Positions 1 through 12,754 of a stretch of 64,000 nucleotides of DNA are shown piece after piece. The notes beneath the pieces were generated by a model, which did no database searches, was not told the origin of the DNA, and was given only the letters and a program-made list of their open reading frames with translations. Numbering within the stretch: the first letter of the stretch is position 1; each line of letters opens with the position of its first letter. The stretch comes from Chiloscyllium plagiosum (lineage: Eukaryota). Position numbers and translations under genes: made by a program. The stretch spans positions 31,581,479 to 31,645,478 of the forward strand of contig NC_057718.1 in assembly GCF_004010195.1 (NCBI RefSeq). The letters run 5' to 3'.

Positions 1-229
1 ATTTCCACACTGTAGGGATTCCATGATAAAAGTAGGAAAGGTCCACATTTTTTGCATTCAAACTCGACCATCCATGAAACATGAGTTCTCTCCATTTATC
101 ATGTTGGTGCTTTCAGTTCTTCTCTACAATAGGTTTTACTGAAAACTCACTGAACTGGTTGGCCAAATTCATAACTCATGCTTTCTCATCACTTGTGTAG
201 CTGTACAACTGAATGGAGAGAAACTGCAG

Positions 230-408
230 AAAGTTTGGGAGAAGATTTGTAGCTCGGGTGCTCGTTGTTGTGGTTCTGTTCGCCGAGCTGGGAATTTGTG
301 TTGCAGACGTTTCGTCCCCTGTCTAGGTGACATCCTCAGTGCTTGGGAGCCTCCTGTGAAGCACTTCTGTGATCTTTCCTCCGGCATTTATAGTGGCCTG
401 TCTCTGCC
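230..408 (-). mobile_element. Penelope-like element terminal repeat fragment (family C), truncated by assembly gap
   Basis: Near-identical to 3500-3680 and carries a hammerhead motif on the minus strand. The Penelope assignment is inferred from the hammerhead and from the inverted structure of the sister copy. Confidence 0.6.
303..342 (-). ncRNA. Minimal type I hammerhead ribozyme motif (family C)
   Basis: Minus strand reads gca-CTGAGGA-t-gtcacct-agac-aggggac-GAAA-CG-TC-tgc. Core intact, stem II 6/7 paired, palindromic ACGT, stem I gca/tgc. Confidence 0.7.
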
Positions 409-847
409 NNNNNNNNNNNNNNNNNNNNNNNNNNNNNNNNNNNNNNNNNNNNNNNNNNNNNNNNNNNNNNNNNNNNNNNNNNNNNNNNNNNNNNNNNNNN
501 NNNNNNNNNNNNNNNNNNNNNNNNNNNNNNNNNNNNNNNNNNNNNNNNNNNNNNNNNNNNNNNNNNNNNNNNNNNNNNNNNNNNNNNNNNNNNNNNNNNN
601 NNNNNNNNNNNNNNNNNNNNNNNNNNNNNNNNNNNNNNNNNNNNNNNNNNNNNNNNNNNNNNNNNNNNNNNNNNNNNNNNNNNNNNNNNNNNNNNNNNNN
701 NNNNNNNNNNNNNNNNNNNNNNNNNNNNNNNNNNNNNNNNNNNNNNNNNNNNNNNNNNNNNNNNNNNNNNNNNNNNNNNNNNNNNNNNNNNNNNNNNNNN
801 NNNNNNNNNNNNNNNNNNNNNNNNNNNNNNNNNNNNNNNNNNNNNNN
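409..847. other. Assembly gap (N run)
   Basis: Run of n characters; ORFs spanning it are artefacts. Confidence 1.
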
Positions 848-948
848 ACCTGCACATCTTTGGACTGTGGGAGGAAACCGGAGCACCCGGAGGAAACCCA
901 CGCAGACACGGGGAGAACATGCAAACTCCACACAGTTAGTCGCCTGAG
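848..948 (-). mobile_element. HE1-type V-SINE fragment
   Basis: Reverse complement of the V-SINE core tgtggagtttgcatgttctccccgtgtctgcgtgggtttcctccgggtgctccggtttcctccca, matching the copy at 6283-6590. Confidence 0.85.
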
Positions 949-1840
949 GTGGGAAATGGTTGGCCAAAGAATGTAACATCATCTGTCTTACAAACAGATA
1001 ATTATTAAAGATTGCCAACAAACTATGGTCATGGCTTCTGTTGTTTAACCTTAAAAAAATTGTGCTGCTAATGTCTATTCACAAGGACAGATTTGTATGC
1101 CAAACTTTTACATGAGTTCAGTATTTCAGCACAAATGACTCATGGCTCGTCTAGACGTGCATTGTATTCTGCCACAGGTGTAGGCAAAAGGTGACACAAC
1201 ATTGAGCAAAGTGAGACTAATTCTTCAGTTCATATTGACAGAAGTGTTGCCACAATGGATGGTGCCACCAGAGAAAATAACCTGTTGATTCAGTCAGTGG
1301 TATGATTCCCAATTTAATAGATGACAAAAGCTATTGATGGAAACATATTGATTTCATCCTAGGCCAGCTGATACCCACTTCAGTTTCTTTGAATAGATGG
1401 CAAATAGCCACTGAGCTCAGTTATGTCAAACAAATACAGTATCTGTGCTAAAAGATAATTACAACCAACAGCCCTGTTCTAGGTTAAGTCATTATTTTCT
1501 CTATAGTGCTCTTCAAGAATTTGAAATCAGAATACCATTTTGACAAAGGCCTGATTCAATGGAAAATACAATCAATAATTGGTTTCCAATGCAAAGATAA
1601 ATCAGTATATCATTATACAAAACCCAAAACATTTAATTCATTTACTCATACAGTCAAATCAATTGTTACTGGCCAAAAGTCTTCACAATTGAAAAGTGAA
1701 GACTGTGGGAAGTACTGTCCTGTTATGCTCCTGTAAAGTGTCTTTGGATGACCTCTTGACATAAAGGCACTTTACAAATGTAACTTGTTGCGTATAGTGA
1801 TCCATTAAAAATTCCCACTTTACTTCCTATTTTACCTGTA

Positions 1841-2033
1841 CAGGTAGTTCTTCTATAACGCGATGGTTGCAATCTTATGCAGCCCCGTGTTCCAGAAAAA
1901 TTGCACTTTAGAAACAGTGCTTAAAGGTTTAAAAGTTTTAAAAGTTTACGCTTTAGAAACAGTATCCCGAATTTGTCAATTGCATTACAGTGTATTTGCA
2001 TTAACGAAATGTGCATTATAGTGGAACGACCTG
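1841..2033. mobile_element. Tc1/mariner (pogo/Tigger-type) MITE
   Basis: Imperfect terminal inverted repeats caggtagttcttctataacgcg and (reverse complement) caggtcgttccactataatgca. TA lies immediately left and CA right. 193 bp, non-coding. Confidence 0.7.
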
Positions 2034-2711
2034 CAGACTGGCTATAAAACTCTGGTTGTTTGTGGCACAGTCTCAGGTGAACTTGAAATGTGAGCAGCAT
2101 TATGACGAGATATACTGATGAGCCATGGTGCTGTGAAAACTTTGAAAAATGGTCATCACACAATTCTTGTGGCATTTCGAACAATGGTAGCACCCGCCTT
2201 TCTGCCTTCCAAATTATGTAATTACCTTTTGCTGCCAATGAGATCATATTTGATCCAGACATCACTGTGCACGGAACAGTGCAGCAATCCAATAGTAGGC
2301 TGAAGTTATTGATATCTCCAATCAACATGTTACTTGTGCAACTCATTACAGAGTATTAACATCTGGTATTGGATTGCACAAGGGAATTTTGTAAATGTGT
2401 AATCATACAATATAAAAGAAAGCCACCAATTTAACATTGAACAAAATGCCCCACTCAAAATTGTGGTAGCTTCCTCAACTGGGCAGAACATGTGTTGCCT
2501 TATTCCCTCAACAGTTCGAATTTCATTTAATTTCTGTTTAGATATAACTGGGAAATGATTATTTTAGTAAGCCACTAAACAGTCTCTGTCAGAACCTTCT
2601 TGCATGACTGATGAGATATATTAATTGAGAAAAATTACAAATACACAGTTATTATCTTTTGCAGACAGCTGTAATTGAAGTTGCTGAAACCATGGAGTCA
2701 TACAGCACGAA

Positions 2712-2907
2712 ACGAGTTGTGAGTTCATGGAATGCCCTGCCAGTAGCAGTGGTGGACTCTCCCTCATTATGGGCATTTAAGCGGGCATTGGATAGGCATA
2801 TGGAGGATAGTGGGCTAGTGTAGGTTAGGTGGGCTTGGATCGGCACAACATCGAGGGCCGAAAGGCCTGTACTGCGCTGTATTCTTCTATGTTCTATGTT
2901 CTATGTT
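2712..2907 (+). mobile_element. CR1 LINE 3' end
   Basis: Encodes RVVSSWNALPVAVVDSPSLWAFKRALDRHM, followed by the 3' UTR and a (ttctatg)n tail. Confidence 0.85.
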
Positions 2908-3499
2908 CATGTGTATGTCAAGCTTTTTTTCTGTGCCATTTTCAAATAATGATGGTTTATGCTGTGTCTTTACCCTGACTCTTGCATTCATATGAATGTA
3001 TACTCTATCAGATGAAAACTCAAGCTAGAAACCAATAGACAAGTTTATTTATGTAAAAGAGGTAGATAAATAATACTCAATAGAGGGAACATATTTATAT
3101 TAGTTGATACTATTCCTCTTTGAGAGACAAAATACCAAATTGTCCTTCTAAGTATTATTCTCTCATTTCTCATGTTGTGGAAATAGTTAAACATCTCTTT
3201 TAACTTCTAGTTTACTCACAGCCAAATATAAACAATAATCTAAAACTCCAAACTACACACCTATCATCAAGAGCAAATCATTGCTTGACCTGCCAGACAG
3301 CTGTCAATAAGAGCATTCCTCAAGGGTACTTCCAAGATAGCAATTCCAATCCATTTTCTGTTATCGCCAGTTGTTTCTATATTGTCCAGAGAGCTATCTA
3401 ATAGATGTGGTTTCATAGGTTGACTGTCTCTGTATTCAATTAAAATGATCACAGTAGCCATTTTAAAAAGGCTCAATCCTCAGATCTATATTAATACTT

Positions 3500-3796
3500 C
3501 AAAGTTTGTGAGAAGATTTGTAGCTCAGGTGCTCGTTGTTGTGGTTCTGTTCGCCGAGCTGGGAATTTGTGTTGCAGACGTTTCGTCCCCTGTCTAGGTG
3601 ACATCCACAGTGCTTGTGAGCCTCCTGTGAAGAGCTTCTGTGTTGTTTCCTCCGGCATTTATAGTGGTTTGTCTCTGCCGCTTCCGGTTGTCCGTTCCAG
3701 CTGTCCACTGCAGTGGCCGTTATATTGGGTCCAGGTTGATGTGTTTGTTGAAAACATCTGCAACACAAATTCCCAGCTCGGCGAACAGAACCACAA
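3500..3796 (-). mobile_element. Penelope-like insertion (family C) with short inverted second arm and 14-bp TSD
   Basis: ctatattaatactt is duplicated at 3486-3499 and 3797-3810. About 3751-3796 is an inverted copy of about 3538-3584. The hammerhead at ~3574-3613 has a mutated core (CTGTGGA). Confidence 0.7.
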
Positions 3797-4627
3797 CTAT
3801 ATTAATACTTTGGATTATAGTAGCTGCGTATGCAGCGAGTGGGGTAAAATATTTATCCCAAGTGTGTCGCATCCCGTATAAAACAAACCCCAAAATAGAT
3901 AGATACAAATAATTAATTTTTGTCAATAATGTTAATCCATTAGAATAACAAAAGTATAAATTTGCTCAGAACTGGTCCAGAAGATAGTTTTTATGCAATA
4001 TTAAGGTTTCAGCATTAAGCACCAATATGCATTTTCCATTCGTGTGGGTGTCACCAGTTGAACCAGCAAGTATTGGCCATCCCTAGTTACTCTTGAGTAG
4101 GTTGTGAGTTGCCTTTTTGAACGCTAGAGTCCATTTAGTATATACATGTCACAATTCTGATAAGGAGAGAGTTTCAGGATTTTGTCACAGTGATATTGAA
4201 GGAATGGCGATATATTTGCATGTCAGATGGTGAGTAATTTGGTGGGAAACTTCCTGGTGGTGTTCCAATGTATCGGCTGCCCTTATCCTTTGCAATAGTA
4301 GTGGTAATGCATTTGAAAGGTATTATCTAAAGAGCCTGGTGAGTTGTTGAGTGCATCTTGTGGCTGGTACACACTGCTGCTACCTAACATCAGCAGTGAA
4401 GGGAATGTTTGTGGATGTGATAACAATCAAGGTGGTTGCTTTGTCTTGGATTCTGTCAAGCTTCTTGAGTGTTGCTAAAGCTGCATTCATTTAGCCAAGT
4501 GGGGAGTATTCCAACACACTCCTGACCTGTGCCTTATAATTATCAGATAGGCTTTGGGGAAGTCAGGTGATGAGTTACACATTGCAGAATTCCTAGCTCT
4601 AACCTGCTCTTGTAGCCAAAGAACTTA

Positions 4628-5320
4628 GAGAGTCACATAGTCATACAGCACAGAAACAGGCCCTTCAGTAGTTGATCAGCTATCCCAATCTAACCTAGTC
4701 CCATTTGCCAGCATTTAGTCCATATCCCTTTAAATTCTTCCTTTTATATACCCGTCTCCCCTTTTAAATGCTGTAAATTGTACCCACCTCTACTACTTCC
4801 TCTGGCAGTCTGTTCAATGCATGTGAAAACGTTACCCCTCAGGTTCTTTTAAATATTTTCCCTCTCACCCTAAACCTATGTTCTCTGATTTTGGATTCCC
4901 CATCCTATTCACCCTGTCCATGCCCCTCATGATTTTATAAACCTCTATAAGGTCACCCCTCAGCCTCCAATACTCCAGGTAAAAACACCCCAGCCTACTC
5001 AGCCTCTCTTATAACTCAAAACCTAAAAGAATTTGTAAACCTTTTCTGTACCCTCCCAGGTTTAACGACATCTGTCCTGCTTGTGCTGCGATGCAAAGCT
5101 CTGCAGTGCAATCTTCTCAGATTGCCGCCATCTTGGATCCCTCCAACTACATCTGACCTATAGAAGGATGACAAGAATTGTACGCAATATTCTAAAAGTG
5201 GCCTCACCAACGACCTGTACAGCTGCATCTTGGTGTCCCAACTCCGATACTCAATGTTCTGACCAATGAAGGCAAGTATGACAAACACCTCCTTCTTCAC
5301 CATCCTGTCTACCTGTGACT
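4628..5320 (-). mobile_element. CR1 LINE 3' fragment
   Basis: [17 protein letters not shown] motif, plus CR1 3' UTR and short-repeat tail. Confidence 0.85.
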
Positions 5321-6060
5321 GTAGTGGTAATCCCAAAGATGTTAATTGCTGGTCTCATCCTGGCTAAATCCTCAAGGTATTGCATTGTTTCTTAATCAGC
5401 TTCCCTGAGCCCAGGAGCAGTTAACTGAACTGTGATGAACTTTGCCTTGATTTTACATTTTTAATATTATTATGTGTGACTCCTGTCATTAATATAGGCA
5501 TTGTGGTAGGGTGACTGATAAAACATTTCACTGTATTTTTCACGTGACAATAAATTTCTATTCTATTACTATTCTAATAATGGGGGATTCAGCAATGATG
5601 ATGCCATTGAATTCAAAGGGCAATGGTTGGATTCTCTCTTTTTGGAGATGGTCATTTTCTGGTTCTTGTATTGTGCACGTATTATTTGCCACTTGTTAGC
5701 ACAAGCTTGGATATTGTTCATGGCCTGCTGCATTTGGGCATGGACTGCTTCAGTATGTGATGAGTTAGAAATCGTGCTGAACATTGTGCAGTCATCAGTG
5801 AATGTCCCCAATTCTGATCTTCTGATGGAGGGAAAGTTATTGATGAAGCAGTTGAAGGTGGTTATCTGGGTACAATACCCTGAAGAACTCCTGCGGAGAT
5901 GTCCCAGGACTAAGAAGATGACCTCCACCAACCACAATCATAATCTTTTGTGCCAGGTATGAGTCTAACCAGTGGAAAGTTTGTCCCCCATTTCTATTGA
6001 CTCTAGTTTTGCTAGGGCTCATTGATATCTCACTCAGTGAAGTGAACTTTGATGTCAAAA

Positions 6061-6177
6061 TTTGGAGATGCCGGTGTTGGACTGGGGTGTACAAAGTTAA
6101 AAATCACACAACACCAAGTTATAGTCTAACAGGTTTAATTGGAAGCACTAGCTTTCGGAGCGCCGCTCCTTCATCAA
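6061..6177 (-). mobile_element. Short Penelope-derived insertion (family A) with hammerhead motif
   Basis: Minus strand reads TTGATGA-a-ggagc-ggc-gctcc-GAAA-GC-TA-gtg (6146-6177), with the first core base lost at the junction. Flanking duplication ttgatgtcaaa at 6049-6059 and 6179-6189. Confidence 0.7.
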
Positions 6178-6282
6178 CTTGATGTCAAATGCAGTCATTC
6201 TGAAGCTTCTTACACTCCTAAGTTAATGTTCAACCCAAAGCTGTAATGAGGGTGGGACTTGAATGGTCCTGGCAGATAGCCC

Positions 6283-6590
6283 TTGGCAGCACGATGGTTA
6301 GTATTGCAGTCTCACAGCATCAGGGACCTGGGTTTGATTCCAGCCTCAGGCAACTGTCTGTGTGGAGTCTGCACATTCTCCCCGTGTCTGCGTGGGTTTC
6401 CTCCGGCTGCTCCATTTTCCTCCCAAAGTCCAAAGATATGCTGGTCAGGTGGATTGGCCAAGCTAAATTGCCCCATAGTGTCAGGTACATTAGTTAGAAC
6501 GAAATGGGTCTGGCTGGGCCAATCTTCAGAGGGTTGGTGTGTACTGGTGGGGCCAAATGACCTGTTTCCACACTGTAGGGAATCTAATCA
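6283..6590 (+). mobile_element. HE1-type V-SINE, near full length
   Basis: tRNA-like head (degenerate A box; B box gggtttgattcc), V-domain core and CR1-like tail (tttccacactgtagggaatcta). Confidence 0.85.
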
Positions 6591-7894
6591 GAAGCCTAAC
6601 TGAGCATCAGTGAGCAGGTCACTGCTGAGAAAGTGCTGTTTGCTAGCATTGTTGATGATCCTTGCCATGCCTTTACTAATGATCATCGACAACTGGTAAT
6701 TGTCTGGGTTGGGTTTGTTCAATGTGAAAATTGTTCACATTGTCAAGTAATTGCCAGTGTTTTGCCTTTTAAGTTCAGATTTTTCACTGAATTCACCATC
6801 TGCTTGATTGGATTTGAACTCAATTTCACAGCGAATTACCTGGGTCTCAGGATTAGTAATTCAGCAACAATACCAGTACAACATTGCCTCAAAATATTTC
6901 CTATTCTGAAAAGTTTGAAAGAGCTTCTTGTTGAGGCTTGGTGAAGAGCTGGGATATGCAACATGTGCATTAAGCTGGTCTCTGGCACTAGTAGTTCATA
7001 TATTTTCTGTTATTAAAGAAAGGAATTCTCCTGGAGCCTAGGTTTCCATTGGAACAGCTTGGCTGTGATGCAGCAAGTTTTGAAACACAATTCTTCAATA
7101 TTATTGCTGGAGTATTGTCAGGGCCCACTGCCTTTGTGGTCTCCCAAGCCTCCAGCTGCTTCTTGATGTCACATGGAGAGAATCGAATTGGCTGAAGACT
7201 AGCATCTGTGATGCTGGGGACCTACAAAGAAGGCTGAGGGCGATCATCCAATCTGCAGCTCTGGCAAATGCTTCAACCTTATCTTTTGCATAGAGGTACA
7301 GGGCTCTCCCACTATTGAGGATGGGATATTTGTGGAGACTCCTCCTCCAGTGAGATATTTAATTCTCCACCGAATGTGCCAAAGCTTAGATTTGATCCAC
7401 TGTTTGTGAAATAAATTACCTTGTCTTTTGCTTATTACTTATGTTACTGGCATACAAGTTATTCTGTGCTTTAGTTTCACTGGATTCATACCTCATGTAC
7501 AGGTGTGCCTTGTGCTATCCCTGGGATGTTTTGGAGGGAATTCTGCTGCGGGGTCTGTTGGGTTTTCTGGAGCTTTCTGGATTCATCTCACTAGCTACCT
7601 ATCCTGCCCCTATAGCGTCCATCTTGTTTTATTCTGGCCCCATCTTGCCATGTGCCATTCCCAGAACAACTCACACTAAGGAAATACAGCAACATTCACC
7701 AGCATCCCTGCGTCAGCACCATTTTTAAAGGCCATTGTACATCAGATAAGCAATGCCAGGCTGGAGCTGCTCCGCAAAGTTGCTGACATTTGCCCCAGAC
7801 ATGGCAAACAGGGGGGATATCCCCCATCCCTCCATACCACAGTGTTCTGCAACCTCTCTCTGTTTGTAAATTGCATACTACATCTCTATTCTCC

Positions 7895-8290
7895 TGGCCA
7901 GAGTGGACAATTCACATTTAGCCACATTATATTCCATGTGCCGACTGTTTCCTAATTAGTCAGCCTTTCTATATCGCTCTGTGCAAATCCTCATCCTTTT
8001 CTTAACAACTTTCTTTTCTTTGTGCCATTGGCAAATTTAGCTAGTATACATTTGGTCCCATCATCCAACGTATTGATGCAGATTGAAAATAGTGGGTGTA
8101 CCAGCACTAATTCTTGTGGAACTCCACTAGTTACTCCACTAGTTTCGAGCTTGCCAAGCTCGAAATTGCTTATTTATCACTGAACTCTGCTTCCTATAGC
8201 TAACTATTCTTTTATCCTTATTGATATGTTAGCCCCTTCACCATGTGCTCACTCTTGTGCAGTAAGCTTTCACAGGGTAATGCAACACTA
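7895..8290 (-). mobile_element. Old CR1 RT fragment
   Basis: Minus strand gives degenerate VTSGVPQELVLVHPLFSICIN and KFANGTK motifs. Confidence 0.6.
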
Positions 8291-11200
8291 GAATCCGATG
8301 TGAGTTCATGGAGAATGGTATTTTCAATATAATATTGGTGATACCTGTGGTAGTGCCTGCACTATTCTTGTTCCCTGCCTTGGTCACAGACCATTCATGC
8401 CCAGTCCCCCACTGAGTACAGATTTTACTTTTATGTTAGCTATTAAGATAGAGACGGTATCAGTATTATATCTGAGTTGGTAGCTGTGAGTATAAAATTG
8501 AGTATTGGCCATTTCAGGCAATGGACACAAAACAAAATCTCGCTGTTAATTATTCACATTTTAAGCACTGGTGAAAAATGTACCTTTCAACATGATTTAA
8601 AACTATTGTACAAACTTTAAAAAGCTGCATTAGGAAATTGAAGGCTGTATTTTGCAGGCCTTTGAAATAACCTGTGCAAACACTACTTTTATCAAACGTC
8701 TGTAACTGATATACTTGGCTATACTCTACAAGCTACAACAACATTTAAAATCTATACAGCTATATCCTGTTAAAGAAAAGTAAAAAATAAAGTAACAATG
8801 AGAGTCTCAGTCCTGCCCTTTACCTTTAGAGTTGTGACTTTAAATTTGCCTTCAGGACCTAAGCAGCTCTCCTTTCACTAATGGGCTTGTAAGAGTCAGG
8901 GGTGAACTGATATCCTCCACAAACAGCCAATGACAGAGTCAATCCACACTGGACTATTCTTTGGCATGTACTTGACAGTGTAAACTGTGTCAAGTTGCAC
9001 ATTCCATATCAGAGATTGGTTTCTTGCTAGTAGGCTCATACTTTCTATACCTGGGTCGATCCAGGAGGGTTCTAGCCAATACCTCAATCCAAACTCTCAT
9101 CCCCATTTGCCAATTGTTTGCCATGTAAAACTGTCAACTGCAACACATTTTACACAAATGTGATGCTTGTGATGCTAAGGTGTTGGCTTAAATCCAAAAA
9201 GAAAATTCAGTCTATTGTAAAATAATTTTCCAACACAATCAATGACCCAAAGAATGATGTCCAGTGATAGGTTTGGGCATGGGAGTAATCCCAACAGAAG
9301 AGCTTTATGGAGTGTTTTAGTCTAAATGTGACCATTGCAAGAGAATTTAAGGCAAAACAGGTTTCCCGTACAAATATTGAACTAGGTGAAAGTGTCAGCA
9401 AATTAGGTACTCAAACTTTTTCTTTAGTGAAGATGACTTCATATGCCAGAATCACTCTACTTAGGATAGCTACTTCTGAAGGGTACTAATATGACACATC
9501 ACTGTGATGCACAGATATGACATCATCACATCAATGGATGCATTGAACTCAGGTGGGAAAATCTATGAAAACAAACTTCTGCTTTCTGAGCACGATTGGT
9601 TTGAAGGTGTTGCAGTTGGGCAAAAAAAATGAGCATGGAACCCTTCTGGTATTTCACTGTTGTAAGTTTGCCAAGACACTAAAGCTAGTCATAAAGCTAT
9701 TGAGCTGGACAGTGTTCAAATCAGTTAAAAACCTACTGTCTGGTATTAAACCTTTAGTCTGCTATCACCTAGTTATATTCAAGACTAGAGTCAGCCTCTC
9801 CTACATGGTCTTAGCCAAGGTTTGAAGTTAACTTGCCAGTGAGAATGAGATGGATTTGGGGTGTAATGACTGGCTTAAACCTCATCTGGTGTAACTTTGC
9901 ATTTACATTTAGGAGAGTAAAATCAGGTAGAACGTAAAATTATTAATTTAACATTTCAGTTTATATGTTTTACATCTCAATGAGACTTGCAACCAAGAAG
10001 ACAGAAAAACTGCTGCAAAATTGTCCTGTTAGCCAGAGGCAGAGTCCAGTTTCACCTAGACAGGAGTTATTTTTCTTCATGTTCATTTTTCCTCCTGTGT
10101 TGCCTTTTGTGGATCAGGTATGGGTCCATGTTGCTGGAAACTTTCAAATAACTCAACCTTTTAAATGATCTGCAACGAAGAGATAGATTTTCTTTCTACG
10201 ATCCAGGAATGTTGTATTCACTAAACCTGCATTGCCATTTGAACTCAGACAGCTTATGTACTGAATTATTGCTCTGTTGGACAGGATGCCAAATCATGCA
10301 GCCAGAAATTCTATCGTGTTTGCATTTGCATCATAACCTCATTACCAGAAATATCAGGAACAGTACTATTTTCTTCAGAGCTTGATGTAAACTCCAGAAC
10401 CATTGTTCTGCCAAAACTCTTGATCGTGAACTGGACTTTGAAGGGAAAGAATGTCTGTGTAACTTACTCAACGGCCTAAATCAAGTTCACAATGATCACA
10501 ATGTATCTAAAAGACCACAGCCAGATGTCACATTCAAGTGCATTATTATTAAAAGTCCCAGTAAATAATTTCCTTTAGATGCACTTTACAAACCTCAGGG
10601 TACATATGACATTAGCCTGGTTTTAATTATTAGGAATATAACTAAACTGTACAGACACAGGTCAATCACAGTAATGTCAACACATTATAAAACAATTATG
10701 TATTCCGATAGCATTACCAGCTTTTTCTCTTCATAACAGACATGCAGTGTGTTTCCTTGTCATATAGCAGCTTGTAAAGGTAAAGCAAACAAGCCTTCAA
10801 AGTGCAAGCATAGCTGTCAGTCAGAACTTGCTGACTACTTTAAATTATGTTTAACGGTTGCAAAGGCACAAAAGTGCCGGAGGTGCAGAAAAAGCTTTCA
10901 GTTACTGTATTTATTTAAATATGCTGGTAATCTCCGGTCTACCCTATATTATTTTCCTTCAGTTTATTTGGAACATGATTGGGCAAATCATATGACCCAG
11001 TGTCAGGAGCTTCAGATTTCAATCTGACAGCGGGGGTTTCAGCTTCCACAAACTGCAATATCTCCACAGGCCCTCTCCCCTCTTCCCTTTTTTGTGAAAG
11101 AATCAGAACTTTGAATTTTAAGAATAGTCTTCTTGTAACACAGCTGTCCACGGTAACCACATCATCTGTCAAAATCAACTTCAGTCAAAATCCATTTGTA

Positions 11201-12754
11201 TCAATCTGACAATTTTAATTAAATCATTAAATGCAGAAGACTTTCTTTAATCATAATCCATTTAAAATCAATCCTGGGTTATCTAATCAGTTATAAGCAG
11301 CTTCTTTTTATATTGAGTGTGGAATTCCCCAAATTGATTTGACACTTAGAGGCCTGTGGCTATAAAGAGAGAGAGAGAGAAAAATGTCTGCTCAATGATC
11401 ATATCAATATGTGAACATGTTTCTTTCTCATTACTTTGGAGCTAGAAAATAATATTCTCTTATTAATTGGATGGAATATTGACCACTAGTGGTCATATTT
11501 TATGGCTTTTCACTCAATGTTAATATTAATGAATTACATCATCTGTTTTAAAATGCAGTACAATTAATAAAGCAAGTCTTAAGCACAAGGCTGGGAAAAT
11601 AAGAGAAACTTTTGTGCTTTGGGGATTTGTAACAAATTGGACACACTATAAAATGGGAAACAGTTCTCTACGTCTATGAAGTCTCACAATAAATAGATTG
11701 AATTGCATTGTTGAAGAGGGCAATATGCCCATATATTAATGTCAGAACATTATGCACACAGAGTATCTTAAGCATATTTTGTTTTCTTTGTCATCCCTTC
11801 AGTTTTTTTTTCCACAGCTAATAATGTTTGTTTCATTTAAAAACCCCCAGATTGCTTAACATAACACAGCCTTAGGCGTTGAAATTCTGTTTACATAACA
11901 AATAAAAGATAAAATATGGTCACTGTCAGCTCTTATCTTCTCAAGGGAAACACATTACAAATTATTGCAATGAAGGACAGTGTTTAAAGCTCGTATCCTC
12001 TTGAAGAAGCCTCACCTGAGCTTCCTATGCCTTCAGGACAGGCCTCTTTCCTTTATTGGATGTCTGATGGACTTCAACAAAACACTACAACCATCTCAGA
12101 TCAATTCCTTGAAATGTAGTTTAATTATTTAAAAGGAAGTGAAGTGAGCTTCTTTTTGTATTAAAGAACCAAATCCTACCCTCGAGGAGCCACATCAAAT
12201 CATCGTTTAATCCTTATTACTGCCTTAGGCTTCCCTTGATACTGCTGTGTTGTTTTAACTTCATTTTAATACTTACCAGCCAGTTAGATTATTAAAGGCT
12301 GTCAGCTTTAATAATGTGTGATGTATGGGATACTTATATTACTCTCAACTAAATCAAAATGAACAAAACCCTGGTTATAACGTTGCATTGTATTCTGAAT
12401 TTTCTCTTCTCCCCATGTATTCCTCCCAGATTCAGAAGCTTTCTCATGTTGTTTCCATTGCAAATACAAGTTAATGAAGCCAACCTGCATTCTGAAAGCT
12501 TGAAACAGAGGGCAGAATTTTATAGTGAACTGAGCAACGTGGGCTCTGGCGGAATTGTGGCAGAATTAGATGAGAAGTCAGATGAGACCCATTTCAGCTT
12601 TGTGTGCATCTCACTCCAATGTTTACCCTTTTCACAAGCAGCACAATGAGCTTCTATCTGGGCTGTGGCGAGGTGCCAACTGAGATGGGTTATTGCTCGT
12701 TAAATTCCCTGTTGATAGATTATTAATATTTAACTTCTCATCTTACCAAACTTG

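Larger units (their letters stand above)
4037..7440 (-). mobile_element. Fragmented old CR1/L2-group LINE interrupted by younger insertions
   Basis: RT remnant FNCFINNFPSIRRSELGTFTDDCTMFSTISNSS...IQACANKWQ (ORF 5569-5937). Same family as 23640-24510 and 26375-27298; 3' tail near 4040-4120. Confidence 0.7.

Noticed and set aside
296..1021. Six long ORFs of 181-232 aa
   Set aside because: They run through the N gap and are artefacts.
6283..6360. tRNA-like sequence with A/B boxes (also at 29790, 34340 and 42050)
   Set aside because: These are SINE heads continuing into V-SINE bodies, not tRNA genes.
10939..11209. Opposing short ORFs in unique sequence
   Set aside because: No recognisable homology or convincing splice sites.
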